Positions 27,253 through 39,100 of a DNA stretch of 64,000 bases are shown piece after piece (position 1 is the first letter of the stretch; each line of letters opens with the position of its first letter). Below the pieces are notes generated by a model. It was not told the origin of the DNA. It searched no databases and was given only the letters and a program-made list of their open reading frames with translations. Position numbers and translations under genes: made by a program. The stretch is from a virus (taxonomy: Duplodnaviria > Caudoviricetes). The stretch spans positions 1,223 through 65,222 of the IMG/VR virus record IMGVR_UViG_3300035682_000031; one strand, 5' to 3'.

Positions 27253-27671
27253 ATGTGAGCAAATGGAGTTCCAGTAGTAAGTTGACCAGTTCAATCGGTA
27301 CGACAGATACACAGGCGAAAGTTAACGCCGGTGACGGCTTTAAGTTTGCGGTACCGACAGGCGACTATTATTATGCAACATTGCGTGCCAACGGTGTGTT
27401 TGAACATGTGCGAGTTATTGCTGTGGATTCGGACACATTAGTTGTTCAGCGCGGTCAAGATAATACGGTTGCACAATCATTCCCAGCCAATACATGTATC
27501 GTAGTTGAGTGGAACCCAGCCCAGTTATGTGAGTATGTGAAGCAGTGTGCATTGAATGAAACACCAACCGGTGTTGTTCCCGGTACGTACTGCATGAGCT
27601 GCGACACATGCTTCGAGGTTGGCTCCGATGGGCGGATCAAATCTGTGAATGGGAGTACACAATGCCCGTAA
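27246..27671 (+). CDS. fibre-anchor domain virion protein
   Basis: LTSSI...DT...YYYATL..EHVRV...TLVVQRGQDNT.A..F, a domain common at phage fibre N-termini. Confidence 0.65.
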   Translation: MLNVSKWSSSSKLTSSIGTTDTQAKVNAGDGFKFAVPTGDYYYATLRANGVFEHVRVIAVDSDTLVVQRGQDNTVAQSFPANTCIVVEWNPAQLCEYVKQCALNETPTGVVPGTYCMSCDTCFEVGSDGRIKSVNGSTQCP

Positions 27672-28084
27672 ATTATATTACATCGCTGTCTATAAAGGCG
27701 TTGAAGCCGATCAAGCCGGCGGATAACACGATCACTGTTTCGCGCTCTGATGCGGCTAAATTGAATGCTGTTGGTGTGGGTAATTACACAGATTTAACGC
27801 TTCGTTTGATCGGACAAAATGACGTGTCGGAGGTCGTGCGGTATAATCACACGCAAGATATAACAGGTACTGGCACGAGTATGGTAGATGTCATTGTAAT
27901 GCGCGACGTTCATAATACGGGTCGTCGCTCGTTCTCTGTTTTTACATGCGCACGAGCCGAACTCAGCCAACAAGATATTTTAGACATTGTTTGTAACGCC
28001 CCCTGTGTAGTTTCACTAAGTACCGCCTTGTCGACAGCCCAATCCACCATCGCGTCACTAAGCACCATCGTAGGCGCACCTTAA
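27662..28084 (+). CDS. fibre-anchor domain protein ending in SLST repeats
   Basis: Start MPVNY with GGGAG SD; C-terminus SLSTALSTAQSTIASLST. Confidence 0.65.
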   Translation: MPVNYITSLSIKALKPIKPADNTITVSRSDAAKLNAVGVGNYTDLTLRLIGQNDVSEVVRYNHTQDITGTGTSMVDVIVMRDVHNTGRRSFSVFTCARAELSQQDILDIVCNAPCVVSLSTALSTAQSTIASLSTIVGAP

Positions 28085-28102
28085 AATCACAGGAGAATTA
28101 CT

Positions 28103-29308
28103 ATGTCATGCAGCACAAAATCTATTGCGCAAGCACTAAATACCACAAACTCAACATTAGCAGCACTGCTTACTGATCAGAGTTCACTAGCGTCACTAAG
28201 CGCCTCGACTTCAACAGGTTTGTCTACAGTTAACAGCGCCGTAGCGTCATTAAGTACGCTCGCGAGCACTGGGTTGTCTAGTGTAAGCTCCGCAGCGGCG
28301 TCGTTGTCAACCGCGTTGTCGAGTTCTTCTGAGTCATTGATTTCCCTGAGCACATCAACGTCGACAGGTTTGTCGAACACAAATTCTGCTATCGCGTCAT
28401 TGAGCACCGGTGCAATTATCACGAATACGGGCCTGTCTACAGTCAACAGCGCAGTTGCGTCGTTGAGTACCATTGTCGATACCAAAGCGGATTTAATAGC
28501 TGGAACGGTTCCGGCTTCGCAGTTACCAAGCTATGTTGACGATGTTTTGGAGTTCCCTAATCTCGCATCTTTCCCAGTCGTGGGTGAGGCGGGTAAGATC
28601 TACACAGATACCAGCACAAATCTAGTTTACCGATGGAGCGGTACAACTTATGTACCTTTGGGAGGCGACTACGCCGTCACTACCAAGGACGAGGGTACGA
28701 TCCTTACTACAGCTACAACTGAATACAACTTTACTGGCGGCGGCGTAACTGCGGCGAACAGCGGCGGTATGGTAACTGTAACCGTACACAGCGCGTCAGA
28801 AACACAAGTTGGCGCAGTAGAGTTAGCAACACCCGCCGAAACTGCGGCGGGCGCATCAACAACACTTGCCGTAACGCCCGCTGGATTATCAGCAGCACTA
28901 TCGAAGTTCGACGGGGTGGGAGACCAATATAGCAATTCGGGAACGCTTACTATGGGTGACTACCCGATGAGTTCATATTATTCTCGAACGATTTCGACCC
29001 TTGTGGTTCCCCGTGACGGAACGATCATAGTAAACTCACTATGGCAATTAGGTCCAAGCATTTTACCAAGGCTTGACTCGGACACCACGGACTTTATGTA
29101 TCACGATGTAACCGTTGAGGGGCGTAATCCACGGAACACGAGTACCACATTTGCGCCCTGCAGTGTGGCGGGGTACCGCGGCGGAGTCACCACAACCACG
29201 GGAACCGTAACTGCGGGCGAAATCATTTATGTCGGCCTAACTACAGCTTATGCGGGTGGTATTTATTGGGAAACCACAATTACTTATATTACTGGTGTAG
29301 GCGAGTAA
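28103..29308 (+). CDS. tail fibre with SLST repeats
   Basis: N-terminal SLSTSTSTGLS-type repeats; VPASQLPSYVDDVLEF...GKIY...YRWSG and GAVELAT..ET.AG...AVTP fibre modules. Confidence 0.8.
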   Translation: MSCSTKSIAQALNTTNSTLAALLTDQSSLASLSASTSTGLSTVNSAVASLSTLASTGLSSVSSAAASLSTALSSSSESLISLSTSTSTGLSNTNSAIASLSTGAIITNTGLSTVNSAVASLSTIVDTKADLIAGTVPASQLPSYVDDVLEFPNLASFPVVGEAGKIYTDTSTNLVYRWSGTTYVPLGGDYAVTTKDEGTILTTATTEYNFTGGGVTAANSGGMVTVTVHSASETQVGAVELATPAETAAGASTTLAVTPAGLSAALSKFDGVGDQYSNSGTLTMGDYPMSSYYSRTISTLVVPRDGTIIVNSLWQLGPSILPRLDSDTTDFMYHDVTVEGRNPRNTSTTFAPCSVAGYRGGVTTTTGTVTAGEIIYVGLTTAYAGGIYWETTITYITGVGE

Positions 29309-29327
29309 CCATAGATAAAGGACAGAC

Positions 29328-30230
29328 ATGAATTGCCCAGCAAAACTCGTGTCGCTGCCCTGTTCAAAGACGGGGCACGCGTACACAGCACAACCCTTTG
29401 GTTCATCTGACACAGTTATACAACTGCAACAGGGTGGGGCCAACGCGTTTCCACCATTGTTGGCTGGCGAATTTTTCTTCGTAACACTAGGCGGATGTGG
29501 CGCGTGTTGCGGACCGTTGAAAGTTATTGCGATTAACTTGGATCAATTGACGGTTGTTCGCCGAGCGGATAACTGCGGGTGTGTACCATCGAACGCTAAA
29601 GTTTCTTACGATGCTACTTCGCCTGATTACATTCGAGCAATCGCGGCGGAAATAGGTATCAATACCACGTCACCGCTGACATACGATTGTGAAACCAATA
29701 CGCTTGGGTTTGACTGTAATGCGTTTAATATGTCGGATTGCGGGTGTGGTGGCGAAGGTTCTGGCGGTGGTGGTATCGGTGAACAAGGTCCTCCTGGTCC
29801 TACTGGACCACAGGGTCCAGCCGCATTAAACGGCGCGCCTGGTCCAGTAGGCCCTCAGGGTCCGATCGGTCCAACAGGCCCACAAGGTTCTGCGGGAGCA
29901 ACAGGCCCTAAAGGCGATACAGGCAACACGGGGCAACCGGGTATCCAAGGTAATGCGGGTGCAACGGGTGATACTGGGGCAACAGGTCCTACGGGGGCTA
30001 CTGGCCCCAAAGGCGATCCGGGTCCGGGGTGGGCGTATGTTACGAACGCATCTGAGGCTTGGGTGATCGGTGCTCCCGGAGAAACAATCACGTTGGTTAT
30101 TGGCGGTTCCACAGTTGCAACACACACAATTGGCGGTGATGGTCGAGTCGCAGTTCCCAAATTGACCCCACCGGGTGAGATAGTATTTGTTCGCCACATC
30201 GGATTTTATGTGGGTGCTGGAGTTACGTAA
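29328..30230 (+). CDS. collagen-like fibre protein
   Basis: Fibre-anchor N-terminal domain followed by a long Gly-X-Y run (about 29770-30030). Confidence 0.8.
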   Translation: MNCPAKLVSLPCSKTGHAYTAQPFGSSDTVIQLQQGGANAFPPLLAGEFFFVTLGGCGACCGPLKVIAINLDQLTVVRRADNCGCVPSNAKVSYDATSPDYIRAIAAEIGINTTSPLTYDCETNTLGFDCNAFNMSDCGCGGEGSGGGGIGEQGPPGPTGPQGPAALNGAPGPVGPQGPIGPTGPQGSAGATGPKGDTGNTGQPGIQGNAGATGDTGATGPTGATGPKGDPGPGWAYVTNASEAWVIGAPGETITLVIGGSTVATHTIGGDGRVAVPKLTPPGEIVFVRHIGFYVGAGVT

Positions 30231-32083
30231 TGCGTGTTTCAAATTTCGGCGGTATTAAGAGCAAGGTGCATCGGACCAAGTTAGATGCACCTTTTGCCGT
30301 TGTTGCGGAGAACGTAGATTTGTACGGCGAGCGGCTACAAGGGTTAAAGACACCATTGTATCGTGGTGATATTGTTGATGTTTTTAATAATCCAATCGAT
30401 GGTGAAGTCGAAACGATTTACCGTGCGGGCGATACTTGGGTTGGGTTTAAGAAGCACACATTCATCGCACCAGATCCACAGGATCGCGCTGGCCCAAATT
30501 CATTTTTGTTTGTGCAAGATGGCGAGTTGTGGCGATCATCACCACGCCAAATCATGCGTGCTACTGGACCAATCAAAGTGGGTATCGATTATCCCCATGA
30601 ACCACTAAGCGTCGCTGCTTTACCTGGCCAGGGGTGCAAAGCCGAATTTCCGGACCCCATTTGTGGCCCCGGCTCGTCCGACACATGCGATCAGGGCTCA
30701 GACCCTCCAGATGGTCGATCATACAAAGTCACGTACGTTTCACCGTGCATGGAGGAGTCTGCTCCGTCGCCAGCGTCTGAGATTGTTGACGTGCAGAATG
30801 GCGACGGTGTCGCTTTGCTAGACCCAAACACTCCTCCATCTAATGCGACGTCTCGTCGATGGTATCGGTCAGTCGTTAGTTCTAAAGGTGAAGTGCTGTG
30901 GCTGTTAGTATCTGAAACTTCGATTTCAGCACCTGGGTTCGTTGACTCCAAATGTATTTTTGAGCTTGGTGAGGCTTTGTCAACCGAACATCATTTCCCA
31001 CCGCCGGATTGCTTGGAGGGTGTTGCCAGTGCCGGCAATTTGGTTACTTTGGTATGGTCAAACAGAAACATTTGGGCGTCCGAGGTAAAGTTGCCACATG
31101 CGTACCCAGAAGAATATAAGCAAACGGTGTTATACGATATTGTTGGTATTCAGGGGTATACAGAAGCAGTTGAGGGTGTGACACACTATCGAGCAGCCGT
31201 TTTGACCAACGGGTTGCATTATTTATTGGTCGGCAAGTTACCTGAAAAACTTGAATTGCACGAGATCCAAGATTGGTACCCGTGTGTGTCGGCTCGAAGT
31301 ATTGTGGTCGGAGAAGGTCTGGTTATTTTTACTTCTGAGCATGGACTGTGTTGGTTTACTGGTTCCAATGTGAAGGTAATCACCGATCAATATTTTACCG
31401 AACACGAGTGGAAAGCGTTTCAACCCAATACACAAAGGTTGGTTTTCTGGAGCAAGCGACTCTGGGGTTTTTACGGTGACGCGACTTTAGGCGGCGGTTT
31501 TTGTATGCGGATCAGCAATTCTGACACAGACCGGATCGAGTATTTTTCAACGCTCAGCGAGACGTATTCAGCGGGTTACGCCCACGCTGATGTACCAATG
31601 TATGTGGTTAAATCAGCCTCACCACGAGCAGAGCTGTTTGAATGGTGCGCTGGATCAACGCGTATGCGTTATCGCTGGCGATCTGGTGATTTTGTCCAGT
31701 CCGGTTTATGGCAACCCGTATCGGCAAAGGTAGTCGCCGAATACGGCGCGCGAGTACGTCGTTCTAAAGAGGCACAGTTGGCGTTTAATGCGTGGAAAGC
31801 TGAGTTGCGTACGTATGACCAAGAGGATTTTTTCAACGCTCACCCAGACTACAAACCGTTCCATACAGCGTTAACGTGCGATGGTCCAGTAGTTGCGTTT
31901 GCAGTGTACGCGGATGACGAGCTATTTTACAAACGCGACGTGCGAAATATTAGGCCGTTCAGACTACCACGCATTCGGCGCACGGTGAATTGGGCGATTG
32001 AAATTTCTGGCACAACAGAAGTCGGCGAAGTTCATGTGCAGACATCGCACAACGATTTAGTGCAAGAGGGCGGCAATTCGTAG
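30230..32083 (+). CDS. tail nozzle / tubular protein B-like
   Basis: 617 aa; begins MRVSNFGG, beta-rich; position before the ejection genes. Confidence 0.7.
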   Translation: MRVSNFGGIKSKVHRTKLDAPFAVVAENVDLYGERLQGLKTPLYRGDIVDVFNNPIDGEVETIYRAGDTWVGFKKHTFIAPDPQDRAGPNSFLFVQDGELWRSSPRQIMRATGPIKVGIDYPHEPLSVAALPGQGCKAEFPDPICGPGSSDTCDQGSDPPDGRSYKVTYVSPCMEESAPSPASEIVDVQNGDGVALLDPNTPPSNATSRRWYRSVVSSKGEVLWLLVSETSISAPGFVDSKCIFELGEALSTEHHFPPPDCLEGVASAGNLVTLVWSNRNIWASEVKLPHAYPEEYKQTVLYDIVGIQGYTEAVEGVTHYRAAVLTNGLHYLLVGKLPEKLELHEIQDWYPCVSARSIVVGEGLVIFTSEHGLCWFTGSNVKVITDQYFTEHEWKAFQPNTQRLVFWSKRLWGFYGDATLGGGFCMRISNSDTDRIEYFSTLSETYSAGYAHADVPMYVVKSASPRAELFEWCAGSTRMRYRWRSGDFVQSGLWQPVSAKVVAEYGARVRRSKEAQLAFNAWKAELRTYDQEDFFNAHPDYKPFHTALTCDGPVVAFAVYADDELFYKRDVRNIRPFRLPRIRRTVNWAIEISGTTEVGEVHVQTSHNDLVQEGGNS

Positions 32084-32113
32084 TAGAATTAAAGTAAATA
32101 AAGGAGGTGCATC

Positions 32114-33181
32114 ATGGCTGATGCAGCATGTCAGTACCAAAATCAGATCCAAGTCCAGCCCGTTACCAACAGCGGGACGAACGGTACGTGTATCTCCTCG
32201 CCGCATATCGTCCAATACCCCAAGGTTCCGCGTCGTGATGATGGTAAGTGGATGGCGCTCGGTTCTATTATTGGCGGTTTGATCGGCAAGTTCGCTAACG
32301 GCGATAAACTTGATCAAGCGTCGGACGCAGAATCTACTTGGGCAGACTTAAACAACCGACTCAAGGAAAAAGGGCTTGAAGAGTGGGCATTGGTTCCAGT
32401 TGAACGCGCGTTGGCTGGGGATTCTGACACTCGACTACTTGGGCGCGCTACGCTCAACTGGCAATATGAGGCAGATGAAAAAGCCTATGCGGATAAGTTA
32501 AAGGCATGTGACGACGCATTGCACGAACGGTTATGCGCCTTAGCACAATGCGGTTATACACCAGACTACGACGGTATTTTGACGCGTGCTCGTGCTGACG
32601 CCGAAAGTCTAGTTGCTGCCAAAACCGCAGCAATTAAACGTGAGGCAACACGGTACAACACAGGAATGAACCGAGCCGTGTGTATCGACATTGTGGATGC
32701 GGGTATCATCGCGGCAGTAGCAGCGGCGTCCGATAGTCGGGAGAAAGAACGTCAGGCAGCGTGGAAATTCAATTGGGATATTACGTTGCAAGGGGTTCAG
32801 CAGATCGAAGGTGACCGACTCAAACGCGCAACTTTGGCTCGTGACTACGATAATACGGGGATCAATATAGAACAAAATCGGTATACTAATCACAACAACA
32901 ACGCGTATAATTCGTTAAAACTCGGTGCTGATATGCTTGCCAGTGCGGGTCAGAATTTTGCTTGGTTGGCGGAGTCTTTACGTCGTAGTGCTGAAAAGGA
33001 CACGGGTAATTTCGCGTCTCTCGGTGCTCTTATTATTCCGTTACTACTAACCACATTTGGCGGTTGTTCCTTCACATCAAAAGATTGTGATTGTCCCGCA
33101 GAGGAACCCGCAAATCCAACGGAGTCTGGAGAAACAGGCGGTTCGACCGTGGGCGAAGGCGGTCAGGGTGGGATTCCGTAA
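32114..33181 (+). CDS. internal virion (ejection) protein
   Basis: Helical, Ala-rich, with glycine-rich hydrophobic segments; AAGGAGG SD. Confidence 0.6.
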   Translation: MADAACQYQNQIQVQPVTNSGTNGTCISSPHIVQYPKVPRRDDGKWMALGSIIGGLIGKFANGDKLDQASDAESTWADLNNRLKEKGLEEWALVPVERALAGDSDTRLLGRATLNWQYEADEKAYADKLKACDDALHERLCALAQCGYTPDYDGILTRARADAESLVAAKTAAIKREATRYNTGMNRAVCIDIVDAGIIAAVAAASDSREKERQAAWKFNWDITLQGVQQIEGDRLKRATLARDYDNTGINIEQNRYTNHNNNAYNSLKLGADMLASAGQNFAWLAESLRRSAEKDTGNFASLGALIIPLLLTTFGGCSFTSKDCDCPAEEPANPTESGETGGSTVGEGGQGGIP

Positions 33182-33471
33182 TGGAAACGATGAACCTATA
33201 TCCAGATTATCCGAATTTTGAAGCAGGGCTTACGCCCACGGCTTTCGATTCTGGATTATCCCCATACGATACAATATCTGCGCCGATGGAAGCGTGGCAG
33301 GTTGACCAGTCGATTATGGAAGACCCAACACAAGGGCAGAATTTCTTGGCGTCGAGTAGAGACTCAACCGTTATGCCGAATAGCATAAATGCGATGAATG
33401 ACGACTACGAGATGTTTACTTGGTATGGACTGCCGACTTCGGCACCAGCATTTTATGAGGAGCAACAATAA
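33181..33471 (+). CDS. hypothetical protein
   Basis: Start METMN overlaps the previous stop codon. Confidence 0.55.
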   Translation: METMNLYPDYPNFEAGLTPTAFDSGLSPYDTISAPMEAWQVDQSIMEDPTQGQNFLASSRDSTVMPNSINAMNDDYEMFTWYGLPTSAPAFYEEQQ

Positions 33472-34043
33472 TGGCATCATATTTCAGCGGGGTAGGTAAT
33501 CCCGGTTCGTACGGCGGTGGCGGTTTTGGTGGCTTGGGCGATTTTGGTCAGTCTTTGTACACCGGTTTGAGCAATGCTATGCCGATGTTGAACAACTATT
33601 ACAATTTCCAAGATGCGCGCGCTATGGATCAAGATCGCATGAACGCAAATGTTGCTGGCTTGCGCGCTTCACAATATCAGAACGCCGTTTCTGGATTGGA
33701 AAACGCGGGCAATCAAGACGAAATTATTCGTCTTTTGAACTCGCAAGCGGGGCAACAAGGGTACACGCAGGATTCGTTATCTGGTCGTGCCCCAGCGTCT
33801 GCGTATTATAATCCACCAGCGGCTCCTGCCAACACATTTGGCGCTTCGCAAGCGGGTGCGGTTCAGAACGCGGGTGTCGCTACGGCTCCAGCGGGGATCG
33901 TTGACCAGGCGTTTTACCAGTCATTAACGAACGATCCTAACATGGCGGCGACCGGCAGTATGTACGATGGCGGCACCGGGTTGCAGATGAATGGTGGTGG
34001 ATTATATGCCGCAGGGGCATATAATCCAGGATTTCGCTACTAA
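33471..34043 (+). CDS. internal virion protein (putative)
   Basis: G/A/N/Q-rich, low complexity. Confidence 0.6.
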   Translation: MASYFSGVGNPGSYGGGGFGGLGDFGQSLYTGLSNAMPMLNNYYNFQDARAMDQDRMNANVAGLRASQYQNAVSGLENAGNQDEIIRLLNSQAGQQGYTQDSLSGRAPASAYYNPPAAPANTFGASQAGAVQNAGVATAPAGIVDQAFYQSLTNDPNMAATGSMYDGGTGLQMNGGGLYAAGAYNPGFRY

Positions 34044-34053
34044 GGAGTAACAC

Positions 34054-35445
34054 ATGGCTACGATGGACTACAACGCACTTGCGGCGCAACAAGCGGAACA
34101 GATTGCGGCATATCAAGCCCGACAGGCCGATAATTTGCGTAACGCGCAGCGTACAGCGGAGATGGTGGCACGTAATGTGGCTTACGCCGGTGCCGCAGCG
34201 TATTTACAACGCGGAACACAAGTGCCCGTACAAACTACGGTGACACCATACAGTAACGAAGGGAGCGGTGCTAATTTCAATGCTGGTGCACAAGGGACAC
34301 AAACCATCATGCCTGACCAACGTGCCATCGGTGGTACGAACCAATCTTCGAGTGTCGCACAGCGCCAAGGGGCAACACCACAACGCGGCCAGTCTGTGAG
34401 TAAAGCATCTGTGCGTGCTCGCGGTACACCTTCGACACCTGATGTGCAGCAAGCGACTCCGGCAGCAGTACAGTCACAGGCAGCACCAATGCAACAGGCT
34501 ATTCCGCAGGCTGCATACGATCCAATGTACCAAGGCGGACCCGTTGTAATTGCGCCACAGAATGCACCATACCAAGGCGGTTGTCCTAGTGGTAATTGTG
34601 CTCATAACTTTGAGAACGTGCAAGCTCGCGCTGCGTATTTAGCGGGCGGTGGGCAAATGAACGAATTTGAACTGCAAAAGATGGCGGAGCGTCAAGCTCG
34701 TTATGCACCCGCATTTCGTGACGCCGCAGCGAGTTCAGATATGGGCGCCATGCGTACCATACAGTCCAATCCAGCTTACGCACAATCGGTAGCTGCCAAA
34801 ATCCAAGCGGGTCAAAGTCCTCAGTTGGCCAATGCGAATACAATGGCAGAAATGGCTGGCCGGTTCGGATATACAAACGTAGCAATCGGAGCGCTCCCAA
34901 ACCAAGTAGCAGCAGGTAATGCGCAATCTAATACAATCGCAGCGAACGCTTTACAAACGGGCGCACCGTACCAAGGCGCACCGATTAGTACGGGTGGGCA
35001 GTATAATACGAATATCGCGAGTCCAAGCGGAGTTTATAACTACGCGGTAGATCCAAGCAGTGGTAATGCAACCGTAAATTTTGCTACTCCCGGTATGGGG
35101 CAGGGCGTTGGTCAAACAACATTACCACAAAGCGCGGTCGGCGGGTTATTCGCAAATACTACACCGGGTCAGGTTCAGACTGGACGGTCCAATGCGGCCG
35201 CAGCGACAACAAAAACACAAACGGAACTCGCAAAAGTTCAAATGACTAACGACGCAAGACGGTATAATACGGACGCGACCACACAACGGCAATTAGCGTT
35301 GCGCCAACTTGGTCCTGTACCACGCGTATCGGCAGCTTTAACTCCTGGTCAGATAGCCCGAGATAATTTAGCGGTCGCGAAGTACAACCAATTCATGCAA
35401 CAGAATCCCGGCTTAAATGCAGCACAACTTGGGATTATCAAATAG
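34054..35445 (+). CDS. internal virion protein (putative)
   Basis: 463 aa, A/Q-rich, TAAGGAG SD. Confidence 0.65.
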   Translation: MATMDYNALAAQQAEQIAAYQARQADNLRNAQRTAEMVARNVAYAGAAAYLQRGTQVPVQTTVTPYSNEGSGANFNAGAQGTQTIMPDQRAIGGTNQSSSVAQRQGATPQRGQSVSKASVRARGTPSTPDVQQATPAAVQSQAAPMQQAIPQAAYDPMYQGGPVVIAPQNAPYQGGCPSGNCAHNFENVQARAAYLAGGGQMNEFELQKMAERQARYAPAFRDAAASSDMGAMRTIQSNPAYAQSVAAKIQAGQSPQLANANTMAEMAGRFGYTNVAIGALPNQVAAGNAQSNTIAANALQTGAPYQGAPISTGGQYNTNIASPSGVYNYAVDPSSGNATVNFATPGMGQGVGQTTLPQSAVGGLFANTTPGQVQTGRSNAAAATTKTQTELAKVQMTNDARRYNTDATTQRQLALRQLGPVPRVSAALTPGQIARDNLAVAKYNQFMQQNPGLNAAQLGIIK

Positions 35446-35454
35446 GGATAAGTT

Positions 35455-36189
35455 ATGGCAACCGCATTAGATATTCTTCGGCACGAAGAAGGTTTCCGTG
35501 AAAAACCCTATTGGGATGTTACTGCTTATCGAGTTGGGTACGGTTCCGACACCTATACCGATGCTTCCGGTCGCGTTCATCGAGTTACCCCGCAGACGCG
35601 CGTTACTCGCGAAGATGCGGAGCGTGATTTAGCGCGTCGAACAGCAGAGTTCCAAAGAGGTATCGAGAACACAATCGGTGCGGATGCTTGGGGTCGTTTG
35701 GCCCCCGGCGCGCAGGCGGCGTTGACGTCTGTCGCATATAATTACGGGTCTATCGGCAAGTTAAAAACACTTTCCTCCGCCGCTCGTTCGGGAGACAACC
35801 GGGCCATAGCTAATGCAATTGCATCGCTCCCCGCAAACAAAGATCGTCGGCAGCGAGAAGCTGCTCTAGTGCTTGGTCAAAGTGTGCCATACAAAGCAGC
35901 GGGTAATTTTGGTGCACAGCAAGCTAGTTCGGCACTACCGCAATCTGCTTATGATCCGACACCTCCTGTGGCTATGCAGGTTGCAGCGCCAAAACCTATT
36001 CCATTTTTGGGTTTAGAGCCTGTACCAGACGACCCCGCGTTCGAGTTCGGTAGCTCCCAATTCACATACAAAGCCCCTCCAATCCCAACAGCGCCCAGCT
36101 TGAGTCAGTTGGGACTCAACCCGTTTGATGGTATGCAGGCAAAAGACTTCGTGCCAGTACCAATGATTAAAGGATTACTCCGTGGCTGA
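35455..36189 (+). CDS. virion-associated lysozyme (GH24-like) with Pro-rich tail
   Basis: HEEGFREKPYWD....VGYG, S.AYNYG and RRQREA lysozyme motifs. Confidence 0.8.
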   Translation: MATALDILRHEEGFREKPYWDVTAYRVGYGSDTYTDASGRVHRVTPQTRVTREDAERDLARRTAEFQRGIENTIGADAWGRLAPGAQAALTSVAYNYGSIGKLKTLSSAARSGDNRAIANAIASLPANKDRRQREAALVLGQSVPYKAAGNFGAQQASSALPQSAYDPTPPVAMQVAAPKPIPFLGLEPVPDDPAFEFGSSQFTYKAPPIPTAPSLSQLGLNPFDGMQAKDFVPVPMIKGLLRG

Positions 36190-39100
36190 TGTTTACCAAT
36201 ATAACCCTCTCATGGGCACACTCCCCGACGGTAGTCAGTATTCTGTCGATGATCCACTGGCTGTAGCCGCCGCTCAACAACGTCTGCTTCAACAGGCTCA
36301 AGAACGCCAACGTGCGGAACAAGAAGCCGCGCTCCAAGCGCAGGAACAAATGTTCGCGGAAGCGCAAGCGGCGCAAGCGGTACAGGCGGCGCAATCTCAA
36401 GCAGCACAACAACCGGCGGCTGGATCAACGCCGTCTACAGCATCCAGTGCTCCTGAGTTTGACTGGACAGGGTTGAAAGGTCAACAAGGTTATGCCGATT
36501 TGGATTACACGTCCAAACTTGAGTTTATCGACGAGACTGCAAAATCCGTTGCCGCCGAACGCAAATACACACCGCAGCAAACGCAGGAGTTTAAGAAACT
36601 ACTGTTGGCTCACGAGAAAGAAGCTGGACTAAAAGCTCCGGAGACAGGTGTTGTGCGTGGTTCTCTCGCCGCTGTCGGCGAAGCGGGTGGCCGTTTTGTC
36701 GAAGGTATCGGGGATACTTATGATGCGTTGCAGGGGTTGGCAGGTATCGATAACGGTCGTTCCGATCTGTCTCGCGTGGGTAAAGGTTTAGGCGATGCAG
36801 CTTTTGATGCCAGTTCTCCAGCTATGAAAGACGCGGTTAAGCGCGCACAGTTTTTGGCCAATGCCGGACGTGCCGGTGATTTAGTAGATTTCGTCGTGAG
36901 TAATCCGTCTGTGGCGGCGTACTATGGAGTGACGAGTCTTGCCCCACTCTTAGTTGGCGGTGCGGAGCTCAAAGGACTACAGTTGGGAGCCAAGGCTCTG
37001 GGCGGGGCTAAACTGGTCGAAGAAGGTAGTGCAGTGGCCGGACTGATGAACAAGATTCGTGGTGTTGGTACAGCAATTACAGAATCGGGCACCGCTGGCA
37101 AATGGGCTGGCGGTGCGGTTAAACTCGCGTCTCGTACAGTAGCGAGCCCAATTAACAATGTGATGGGCTTCAACCAGTTTGGTTCGGACTTGAACCAATT
37201 GTCTGATCAAGGTGTCCCTATCACTGATGATGTACGTTCTGAGGTCGCTAAAAAAGCGGCGTTAACGGCAGCGATTGGCGGGGTATTTACACATGGCGGC
37301 GGTACTGCGGAGTCATTGGTACAACGTTTATTGCAGGGCGGGTTGTCTAGAGAGGCAGCACCACTGGTTGCAGATGGGTTACTTGATCAGGCAGTAAAAC
37401 AGGGCTTTATAAAACGGGTTGCTGGCCGTCTCGGTACGGGTTTTGTACGCGTGGGTGGCAAAGAGGGTTTTGAAGAGTTTTTGCAAGAATCGATGGGCAA
37501 CTATATTGACCAGACAATCCAACCAGACGGTACGATTGATCCAGATAAAGTCGACTATAAGAAGGTGGTTGGTTTCGGTACACTAGGCGCTGTCGCCGGT
37601 ATCGGCCCTGGTGCAATCGCGGCGAATATCGAAGCACGTGCTGACGGTAAAGCCCGTAACGCATTGTTGCGTGCGGACGAGGAAGCAAAAACCGCCGAGG
37701 CGGAAGACATAGCGACTCAGACCGCACAGGCAGCGCAAGCTGAACAAGAGGCAGTTCAGGCACAACGTGATGCACGCCTCGCAATCAATCCGATTTATCA
37801 CGAGTCACCAGAAGAAGTTCTAGGTCGTGGAGCGGTCGTTGCAGCACAGAAAAAAGTAAAAGATTTTATCGATCCACAGTTCACCGAGGGTTCTTTCGAC
37901 GACAGAGTTAGGGCAACGATCAACTCGTATGCTGCCGTGGAGCCCTCGGGCGGTACGCTGGAGGCAGGTGAGAAAAAGGCACTGAAAGCGTTACAAGATT
38001 ATCAAACGTCACTGCCAGCGCAAGCGATGGAGAAGGTTCAGACTACAGTCACGACTCCTGGACAAATAGCAGCACTTAAGCGCACTGTGCAGGAATACAA
38101 CGACCTCAACACGCAAATTGCAGATCTACAGACACAAGCTGAATCGGATCCAATGGTAACTGAGCAGATTGCACCGTTACAAGAGCGTTTGGCGCAGATC
38201 GAAGACTCATTCGGTGCAACAACTCCAGCTGATATGGAGCGCATAGCTGCTCGTGCAGAAGCGCGCCTCGGCACAGCGGATGAGCGCGCCGCAGTGAATA
38301 GCCTGACACAAAATCCAGACCAAGGTATGCTGAATCTGGAATCTGATCTGAGCGCTTTGGATGCTATCAACGCAGAGCAGAACCCATCGTTTAACACCGG
38401 GTACACTCCAGCGGATAGCATCCTAAACACAACGCCCGCACAAGAACGCCGCGATATTCGTGCGGCTCTGGTTACACAACGTCAGGCGCGAATCAGCGAT
38501 TTTATGGACCAGTACGCTCCTGAAAATACAACGTTCCGACAACAGTTAGACGCGGTTCGTACTAAACTGTCCGTTGGCGATATCGGTAACAGCGAGCGTA
38601 CTTTCGGCCGACTACTTACTGCTATGGAAGCGCAAGCCGCTGATGGTCGTACACCAAATGCTGCGATGTTGATCAACATGTTGGACAGTGCTCGTCAGAC
38701 GGTCGCTAGTAATGATGTTACCGTGGCGCTGCGTATTGAGCGACAAAATGCTTTAAACCAAGCATACATTGCCGCCAACGGAGTTTTGCCAGTCGAGGCG
38801 TTTTCTGTCGGTCTGAATTCACCTGCTGCGAGGGATGTATTTGCTACGGAGTTGACAACACAGTTCGACGGTCAAAACGCAGCCGAGGTGCGTGCGCAGC
38901 AAACAGCAGCAATAAAAGCAGCGACGTTCGCCACACGCCAAAAGGCAAACCCACTGAACGCGGATCTGACAAACCAGCAGCGTAATGCAGATGTGAACCA
39001 TTTAAAAACACTCCAACAAGCATTAGATGCAAGTCCACTCGCCGTCGTAGCCAAGGACAGTATTATGCTGACCGAGGATCACCCTATGATGACGCAATTG

